In this document: one piece after another, positions 1-6,883 of the stretch
Layout of the letters: each line of letters starts with the position of its first letter
Position numbering within the stretch: position 1 is the stretch's first letter
Source: Gammaproteobacteria bacterium
GTDB taxonomy: Bacteria > Pseudomonadota > Gammaproteobacteria > SZUA-229
Reading direction: 5' to 3'
Assembly (NCBI GenBank): GCA_003228405.1
Contig: QIDK01000136.1
Span: 1 to 44,182 of the forward strand
Length of the DNA stretch: 44,182 nucleotides
Position numbers and translations under genes: made by a program
Notes under the pieces: model-generated
Databases searched by the model: none
Told to the model about the DNA's origin: nothing
Seen by the model: the letters and a program-made list of their open reading frames with translations, nothing else

Positions 1-1
1 C

Positions 2-1687
2 CTCACCGTTGCTCTGGTACTCATTCCACAATCTATGGCCTATGCGACTCTGGCGGGCTTACCCGAAGTTTATGGTTTATATATCGCCTTTGTACCCGTA
101 TTTATTGCTGCTCTGTGGGGCTCATCTCGCCAGCTGGGCACAGGCCCGGTTGCGGTGGTTTCTACCTTGACCGCCACCACATTAACGCCAGTGGTTATTA
201 GTCTGCTGGATCCGGGGCATTCCCATGAACAGTTTATGGCGCTGTTTATTCCCACCGCCATGTTTCTAACCTTGCTGGTTGGACTGTTTCAATTTTCACT
301 GGGCCTGTTTCGACTCGGTGCGATTGTTAATTTTTTATCTCACCCGGTCATAGTCGGCTTTACCAATGCCGCCGCCCTGTTTATCGGCCTGACTCAGGTT
401 TCTAAAATTTTTGGCATTGATATGCCCGGAAGTGTCAGTGACCATTTTCTTAGTGTGCGTATCTGGGGCGTCATCAAGAATATGGATGAAACCCATCTGA
501 TCACCTTAATAATGGGCATTTCCTCATTTGCTATTTTAATCGGCATGAATCGCTTTCTACCCAGATACCCCGGTGTGCTGGTTGCGGTGGTTATCACCGT
601 AATTGCCAGCTATTTACTGGGTTTCGAAGAAATGGGTGGCAATGTCGTTGGCTCTATTCCCGAAGGTTTGCCCGGCTTTGCAATGCCCGCCTTTAGTTAT
701 GAAGCACTCTCCAGCCTGCTGGTGGGTGCGGTGGTCATTTCTCTGGTCGGGTTTATGGAAGCCATCTCCATTGCCAAAGCCATGGCCGCTAAAACAAAGG
801 ATCGAGTTGACCCAAATCAGGAACTTATTGGTCAGGGCCTGGGAAATATTGTGGGCAGTTTTTTTCAGTCCTACCCTTCATCCGGCTCTTTTTCACGCTC
901 TGCGGTCAATTTAAATGCCGGGGCTAAAACCGGCTTTTCATCCGTTGTTACCGCCATTATTGTGGTTATCACATTATTATTTCTTACCCCGTTATTATAT
1001 CACCTGCCTAAAGCGACCCTGGCCGCGGTGGTTATTATGGCCGTATTTGGCCTGATTAATGTCAAAGCTGTAAAGCATATCTGGCGCACTAACAAGCATG
1101 ATGGTGCAGCGGCTATCATTACCTTCATTGCTACCATTGTCTCTGCACCACAACTGGATCATGGCATTATGATCGGTGCGGTGATGGCCATTGTTTTATA
1201 TTTATATCGCACCATGCGCCCACGGGTTGCACTGCTAGGCCGATATAAAGATGGCACCCTGCGTGATCTTGAAGTGCATAAGAACCTGCCCATTGATAAT
1301 AATATTATTGCAGTGCGCTTCGATGGCTCCCTGTATTTTGCTAATGTTTCCTACTTTGAAGATGCCATGCTAAAAGCAGTCGCCGAACACCCCGAGGCAA
1401 AATACCTGCTGGTCGTGGGGGATGCTATTAACCAGATCGATGCTTCTGGCGAGGAAGTACTGCACCATTTAGTGGAACGTCTGGCAGAGAACAATGTGAC
1501 CGTGATATTTAGTGGTTTAAAACGCCAGGTACTCCAGGTATTTCGAGCAACCGGTTTAAATAATATTATTGGCGAACAGCATATTTTCCCCGATGAAGAT
1601 ATGGCAATTGATGCTATTTATGAATTATTAGGCCACGGTGCAGCAGGAAGATATTGCCCGCTGAAGAAACCTGCGAAATTGATATAA
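2..1687 (+). CDS. sulP: SulP/SLC26 anion permease with C-terminal STAS domain (5'-partial)
   Basis: Frame is open from nt 2 (LTVALVLIPQSMAYATLAGLP..YGLY), so the true start lies left of the window. SulP motifs GSSRQLGTGP, NQELIGQG and GSFSRSAVN; STAS segment RFDGSLYFAN...IDASG. Confidence 0.93.
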   Translation, partial: LTVALVLIPQSMAYATLAGLPEVYGLYIAFVPVFIAALWGSSRQLGTGPVAVVSTLTATTLTPVVISLLDPGHSHEQFMALFIPTAMFLTLLVGLFQFSLGLFRLGAIVNFLSHPVIVGFTNAAALFIGLTQVSKIFGIDMPGSVSDHFLSVRIWGVIKNMDETHLITLIMGISSFAILIGMNRFLPRYPGVLVAVVITVIASYLLGFEEMGGNVVGSIPEGLPGFAMPAFSYEALSSLLVGAVVISLVGFMEAISIAKAMAAKTKDRVDPNQELIGQGLGNIVGSFFQSYPSSGSFSRSAVNLNAGAKTGFSSVVTAIIVVITLLFLTPLLYHLPKATLAAVVIMAVFGLINVKAVKHIWRTNKHDGAAAIITFIATIVSAPQLDHGIMIGAVMAIVLYLYRTMRPRVALLGRYKDGTLRDLEVHKNLPIDNNIIAVRFDGSLYFANVSYFEDAMLKAVAEHPEAKYLLVVGDAINQIDASGEEVLHHLVERLAENNVTVIFSGLKRQVLQVFRATGLNNIIGEQHIFPDEDMAIDAIYELLGHGAAGRYCPLKKPAKLI

Positions 1688-1787
1688 ATGAAATTTGCCT
1701 GTAGTGATCCACCTTATAATTTTTTTATATTTATTACACAGTAAATTAATACAAACATAAACAAGTAAATATCCACTAACTAAAAAT

Positions 1788-1978
1788 GAGGTTTTGATTT
1801 AGCCCTGTAAAGGCGCATAAAAGCCAACCAACACGTTGTCATTCCCGCGTGCTTCTAGCGGGAATCCAGTGACTTCGAGCAACGTAAAGACGCTGGATCC
1901 CCGACACGGGCATTCGGGGATGACACACATTTTAAGACTATAGTATAAAACCTGTTCCACGCCCTGAGGATGTGGTTT
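1788..1978. repeat. Dispersed palindromic REP/MITE-like element, copy 1 (GTCATTCCCGC...GCGGGAATCCAG...CTGGATCCCCG...CGGGGATGAC core at 1838-1924)
   Basis: Colinear with 28311-28498 at an offset of about 26520, including the identical 23-nt block TAGCGGGAATCCAGTGACTTCGA; several internal hairpins. Confidence 0.85.
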
Positions 1979-2012
1979 TTTTAATAAATTAGATTCACTT
2001 TATAATTCCAAT

Positions 2013-3680
2013 ATGAAATACATTAACGGTTTGCACTTTAATAATATTCGCGGCGATATTTATGGCGGCCTCACCGCTGCAGTTGTTGCACTTCCTCTGG
2101 CCATGGCAATGGGTGTCGCTTCAGGCGCTGACCCAATCGCGGGTATGTATGGGGCGATCTTTGTCGGTTTATTTGCCGCACTGTTTGGTGGCACCCCCGC
2201 TCAGATATCAGGGCCCACCGGCCCGATGACCGTGGTAATGGCAGCCATATTTATCCAGTACACGGCAATGTATCCTGATGATCCTGCACAGGGAGCTGCA
2301 ATTGCATTTACCGTTGTGATACTCGGTGGTCTGTTCCAGATTGTGTTTGGCCTGCTGAAATTTGGAAAATATATTGAGCTGGTGCCCCATCCCGTAGTAT
2401 CTGGCTTTATGACCGGCATTGGCGTCATTATAATTCTATTGCAATTCGGGCCATTGCTTGGGCATGCCGCTGACTCAAATCCGCTACAGGCGGCACAGTC
2501 CATACCTACATATATGAGTCAGATTGATAACCATTCATTAATACTCGGCATTATTGCACTTGCAATTGTTTACGGAGTGCCACTATTTATACCTAAGCTG
2601 GGCAAACTAATCCCCTCACCCCTGCTTGCGTTAGTGCTTGGCACACTCTGCTATGTACTTTTTTTTACTGCGGGCAGCACACCCATTATTGGCGATATAC
2701 CCACCGGCTTGCCAGAGTTGCGCTTACCCGTAATTGAACCCGCGTTGTTTTTAGACATGATTGCATCGGGTATGACACTGGCCGGTCTGGGCGCCATTGA
2801 TTCATTACTCACCTCACTGGTCGCAGATAATATAACCCGCACCCAGCATAAACCCGACCGTGAACTGATTGGCCAGGGCATTGGCAACACCTTTGCCGGT
2901 TTATTTGGCGGCCTGCCTGGCGCGGGTGCCACCATGCGTACCGTAGTAAATGTAAAGGCCGGTGGACGTACGCCGATTTCCGGCGCATTACACAGTCTTA
3001 TTTTATTACTGATTACACTTGGTGCAGGCGGCCTCGCCAGTGATATTCCCAAAGCTGTTCTGGCCGGTATTTTAATTAAGGTCGGCACAGATATTATCGA
3101 CTGGGATTACATAAAACGACTTAAAGATGCACCCAAAGCCGGCGTGTTTATTATGTTCACTGTACTCATTATTACCGTCACCGTAGACCTGCTACTCGCG
3201 TTTGCTGTGGGCATGATTATCGCCAGCTTTCTGTTTATGCAACGCATGACTGAATTGCAGATTAAAAATATGCGCCCCATAACAAGGCCTGGCACAGAGG
3301 TGCCATTAAACGATGAAGAAACAGAAATCATGCAGCAGGCGGATGGTAAAATATTACTCTTTCATCTGAGTGGCCCAATGAGCTTTTCATCTGCCAAGTC
3401 ACTGGTCAGATATCATGCCGGTATAGTAGATTACAGTATTATGCTACTGGACCTGACCGAAGTACCGGTAATTGATTTCACTGTAACCCGTGCACTCGAA
3501 GATATTATTTTAGACACCCTGGATGAGGGTCGAGAAATTTTACTGGTAGGCGCATGCAGTAAAGTACATAACATGCTGAAAAAGCAGAGAGTATTAAAAC
3601 TTTTTGACAATAAAAACATCTATAAGAAACGTATAGATGCATTAAAGCATGCACAAAATTCACTAAACTCCGCTCAATAA
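2013..3680 (+). CDS. SulP family anion transporter, BicA-like (probable bicarbonate transporter), with STAS domain
   Basis: N-terminus NNIRGDIYGGLTAAVVALPLA, plus GGTPAQISGPTGPM, GAIDSLLTS and GGLPGAGATMRT, typical of the BicA-like SulP clade. Substrate is inferred. Confidence 0.88.
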   Translation: MKYINGLHFNNIRGDIYGGLTAAVVALPLAMAMGVASGADPIAGMYGAIFVGLFAALFGGTPAQISGPTGPMTVVMAAIFIQYTAMYPDDPAQGAAIAFTVVILGGLFQIVFGLLKFGKYIELVPHPVVSGFMTGIGVIIILLQFGPLLGHAADSNPLQAAQSIPTYMSQIDNHSLILGIIALAIVYGVPLFIPKLGKLIPSPLLALVLGTLCYVLFFTAGSTPIIGDIPTGLPELRLPVIEPALFLDMIASGMTLAGLGAIDSLLTSLVADNITRTQHKPDRELIGQGIGNTFAGLFGGLPGAGATMRTVVNVKAGGRTPISGALHSLILLLITLGAGGLASDIPKAVLAGILIKVGTDIIDWDYIKRLKDAPKAGVFIMFTVLIITVTVDLLLAFAVGMIIASFLFMQRMTELQIKNMRPITRPGTEVPLNDEETEIMQQADGKILLFHLSGPMSFSSAKSLVRYHAGIVDYSIMLLDLTEVPVIDFTVTRALEDIILDTLDEGREILLVGACSKVHNMLKKQRVLKLFDNKNIYKKRIDALKHAQNSLNSAQ

Positions 3681-3729
3681 TATGCTGGTATAATCTTTAC
3701 AGAGTAAATAACACCCGAACCATAGCCTG

Positions 3730-4686
3730 CTAGGAAGGTAAAAATTCTATAGGATAGGTTACCGTAATCTGCTCTACCTTCTTCGCACCAAACTTAAATT
3801 GCTTAATGCGGCTCAACAGTCGCCTTTCAAGATTAGGATCACCCAGCTCACTGGAAACAATTTTAACCCTGATAACATTGCCGCCTGGTGCAATGGTTAT
3901 CGCCAGTACAATCTTTCCTTTGATGCCGGGGTTCTTACGACGAGCTCGATTATATATTGAATATAATTTGCTCTTATTCTGATCAAATACTATTGTAATA
4001 TCTTCTTCTGCTCTCACACCACCACTTCGAGATTTGCTCCTGCGTTTTGCATCACGGCTATTACCTGCTGCATCTGATGATAATAGAGACTGTCTGACCA
4101 GCGTTATTTCACGTTGTGATAACTGCGTTTTACCAACAAGGCTTGCGTACTCGTCAGAGTTTACACCACCACTACCTTTGCTGGCACCAGCAGTTAACAG
4201 GTCTCTGTTATGTCCGGCTGCTCTGGTTGCGGAAGCTGAACTCGCTTTAACTTTTCCGCCCACCATAGCACTAACATCCGATGTATCCATTAAATCGGCA
4301 AGCTCATTACCCAATGCAAGCAGGCCTGAATCTGCTGCTTTTTGACGGGCTTTCTTTTGCGTTTTGGTTAATGGTTTCTGTTTATCTTTTTTCCTGGATA
4401 TTTTTTTTACTTTAGGTTTAGGTTTGGCTATGGGCTTGGGCTTTGGTTTAGGCTTAACGACTTTAGGCTTCGGTTTTTCTTTTTTCTCAAGTATAAAGTT
4501 TGCAATACGCTCAGGCACAACTGCTCGTGCTTCTCGATCAGGTTCAGGTACGTCAATAGATGACATCACAATTGCAAACAATAAAGAGACAGCAACAGTA
4601 ATGGCGGTGATGAGTTTGAATTTCGAATCACCTTTGCCTTCCGGGTGCCAGCCTAGTGCCAGCTGATCATAATAAGCCGTAGACAC
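3730..4686 (-). CDS. TonB-like energy transducer with AgmX/PglI-type (GltG-like) C-terminal domain
   Basis: Single N-terminal TM helix, KPKP-rich linker and C-terminal YNRARRKNPGIKGKIVLAITIAPGGNV...VTYPIEF; last gene of an exbB-exbD-exbD run. GTG start overlaps the upstream stop. Confidence 0.8.
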   Translation of the reverse strand: MSTAYYDQLALGWHPEGKGDSKFKLITAITVAVSLLFAIVMSSIDVPEPDREARAVVPERIANFILEKKEKPKPKVVKPKPKPKPIAKPKPKVKKISRKKDKQKPLTKTQKKARQKAADSGLLALGNELADLMDTSDVSAMVGGKVKASSASATRAAGHNRDLLTAGASKGSGGVNSDEYASLVGKTQLSQREITLVRQSLLSSDAAGNSRDAKRRSKSRSGGVRAEEDITIVFDQNKSKLYSIYNRARRKNPGIKGKIVLAITIAPGGNVIRVKIVSSELGDPNLERRLLSRIKQFKFGAKKVEQITVTYPIEFLPS

Positions 4687-5201
4687 TAGTTATTCTCTCC
4701 AGATGCTGCTTTTTGAATAGCAGCAAAGGCTATTTTAGTGTAATTAGCTTCACGACTGGTGGCTAAAATTTTTCTTAACAATTCATAGGGAATATTTTCA
4801 TCTCCCATAATGGTAACCGCTTTGCCCTTAACCTTACCATCTGGCCCCTTTACCACTCGACTTTTAGATGCCTGAAAAATTAATTCTTTTTCAAGGCCGG
4901 CAATAAGGGGTAAATCCTGCCGCATGACCTCGCTTATAATTGCGACTTCTCTGCCCTGCACCAGGATATTTCTGTGAGTCACAGAAATAATAATTGTCTC
5001 TTTCGGCGCTTTAGTTGCGATAGATGTAGGCAGATGAATATCTTTTTTCTTGGGTAACTGATGAACACTAGATGAACTTACCAGCAGGAAGAAAACCAGT
5101 ATGGTAAATATATCCATTAATGACACAAGATTTAAAGAAGGCTGTTTGCGTCGCGTATGGTGCCGCTCCATTCTCTTTGCACGACGTGATTTATTCATCA
5201 T
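4686..5201 (-). CDS. ExbD/TolR family protein (TM Asp retained)
   Basis: LNLVSLMDIFTILVFFLL TM motif; periplasmic IMGDENIPYELL motif. Confidence 0.88.
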   Translation of the reverse strand: MMNKSRRAKRMERHHTRRKQPSLNLVSLMDIFTILVFFLLVSSSSVHQLPKKKDIHLPTSIATKAPKETIIISVTHRNILVQGREVAIISEVMRQDLPLIAGLEKELIFQASKSRVVKGPDGKVKGKAVTIMGDENIPYELLRKILATSREANYTKIAFAAIQKAASGENN

Positions 5202-5749
5202 TTTGAAGTCACCTCGGCCTCTGTTGCTGGCGCAGCAGCTGCAGGATGGGTATCTTCTAACAGCTCAGGCGCATCTCCAATTGAGATATTTGGAAATAGC
5301 TCTACTGTTTCAACTTCAGTAATCTGCACTATATCTGCATAGCGAACCCGATCCATAATCATAATCAGGGTTTTGTAATTAACTTTAGGCTCGAGTAATA
5401 AGGTAATATTCTGTTCTTCAGGAAATCGCGATTTAATTTCAACGAGTACATCGGTAAAATATTTCCAGTTTGTATCGTCTTCAGATCGGGGGAAATATTT
5501 AATGCGACCCAGATTAGAGTCTCTAATTTCAAAACTGGTTTTACGCACAACGAGTTCTAGCTGTAGCTTAATTTTTTCTTCCTGTTTCGCAATTGCATTT
5601 TTAGAAGGTAAATTAAGTTCGAGCACAGTAACGCGAGAAAACACCGCCGTAATTAAAAGAAATGGGATTAAAATCACCATTAAATTTAGAAAAGCAGTGA
5701 TATTAAGTTCAACATCTTTGCTTATGTGTTTGCGCCTGACCAGTTTCAT
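5198..5749 (-). CDS. ExbD/TolR family protein (Asn in place of the conserved TM Asp)
   Basis: ELNITAFLNLMVILIPFLL TM motif; periplasmic LLEPKVNYKTLIMIMD motif. Confidence 0.85.
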   Translation of the reverse strand: MKLVRRKHISKDVELNITAFLNLMVILIPFLLITAVFSRVTVLELNLPSKNAIAKQEEKIKLQLELVVRKTSFEIRDSNLGRIKYFPRSEDDTNWKYFTDVLVEIKSRFPEEQNITLLLEPKVNYKTLIMIMDRVRYADIVQITEVETVELFPNISIGDAPELLEDTHPAAAAPATEAEVTSK

Positions 5750-5809
5750 TCCGTATCTCTTATTCTTTACTCTTACATGCTATAAATTAAGTCTGGAAAA
5801 TTTGTAAGA

Positions 5810-6427
5810 TTAGCTTTTAGTAATCAGATTTAAACACTTAACCGCCGCCATCTCGATATTATCTACCAGGCGTGCTGTTTTAGTGACGAGATAGGAATGT
5901 ATTAAAATAAGAGGTATTGCAGCAACCAGACCGAATGCAGTGGTATTCATGGCCACAGATATACTTGCAGATAGCAGGTCAGCTTTTTCAGCCGGATCAG
6001 CAGAGGCAACCGCTGTAAAGGCATCAATCAGACCAATAATAGTACCTAACAGCCCAAGTAAAGTTGCAATATTGGCATAGGTCGCCAGATAGTGAGTTCT
6101 CTCCTCAAGTTCTGGCATAACCTCCATCATGCCTTCTTCCATTGCAGATTCGATACTCTCACGAGGTGAATTTGAATGTTTACGGGCAAAACCGTAATTT
6201 AGCATGGTGGCTAATGGCGTTTTAACCGTTTCTGTTAATTTCATGGCACGGGAATAATCTTCCGCTTTTAGCATAGGCACCAGCTGCTCCCATACCTTTT
6301 TTGTTCTGCCCTGTGTTTTGGTGATATAAAGAAATCGCTCAATCGCGATGGCAAGGCCAACCGCCAGTACCAGCAGGATGATATACATAAACACACCACC
6401 ATCTTGAAAAAAACCAACAAAACCCAT
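5810..6427 (-). CDS. MotA/TolQ/ExbB proton channel protein
   Basis: GGVFMY...IAIER first TM; ANIATLLGLLGTIIGLIDAF and ISVAMNTTAFGL channel motifs. Confidence 0.93.
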   Translation of the reverse strand: MGFVGFFQDGGVFMYIILLVLAVGLAIAIERFLYITKTQGRTKKVWEQLVPMLKAEDYSRAMKLTETVKTPLATMLNYGFARKHSNSPRESIESAMEEGMMEVMPELEERTHYLATYANIATLLGLLGTIIGLIDAFTAVASADPAEKADLLSASISVAMNTTAFGLVAAIPLILIHSYLVTKTARLVDNIEMAAVKCLNLITKS

Positions 6428-6514
6428 GAGAATCCCCTATGAAATCAAATTTTCGTAATTCTATAGACTTTTATAGAATCAGCAAACTATTAATTAACGA
6501 TTGCCCGCAATTAC

Positions 6515-6530
6515 TGCAAATTTTGCACCA
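6515..6530 (-). promoter_or_regulatory. Candidate sigma-54 (-24/-12) promoter for the exbB-exbD-exbD-tonB module
   Basis: Minus strand reads TGGTGCAAAATTTGCA, an exact fit to TGGYRYR-N4-TTGCW, about 90 nt upstream of the exbB ATG. Confidence 0.55.
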
Positions 6531-6625
6531 CAGACAAAGCAGGCTATTGAATGTCTGTGGGTAATGATAGCCGAAAGATCTTAATCACCGCGAAGTATCA
6601 TGCATATTACAGTAATAAATATCTT

Positions 6626-6883
6626 TTATTTCTCATCTACATCCGTATTTTTAAAAAATGCGATGGTTTTCATAAAAACAGATGATTCTTCTGTATCGAC
6701 AGCTGTTTTTTCCTCAGTCTCTTCACCTGCCGCCTCAGATTTGCTACCATTGAACTCTTCATCGATTTTATCAATTATAATTTTTCGTTGCGATCGATAC
6801 TCATCAAAGCGGATGTGATTCTGATAATAATCTTTTGACAGGTCTCTCAGTTTTGCAGAGTAGCTTATATCACTCATTATCAT
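6626..6883 (-). CDS. Small hypothetical T6SS-associated protein, SHOCT-like N-terminal helix pair and acidic tail
   Basis: Start overlaps the ppkA stop (TAATG). LRDLSKDYYQNHIRFDEYRSQRKIII resembles the SHOCT pattern by eye only. Confidence 0.6.
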   Translation of the reverse strand: MIMSDISYSAKLRDLSKDYYQNHIRFDEYRSQRKIIIDKIDEEFNGSKSEAAGEETEEKTAVDTEESSVFMKTIAFFKNTDVDEK

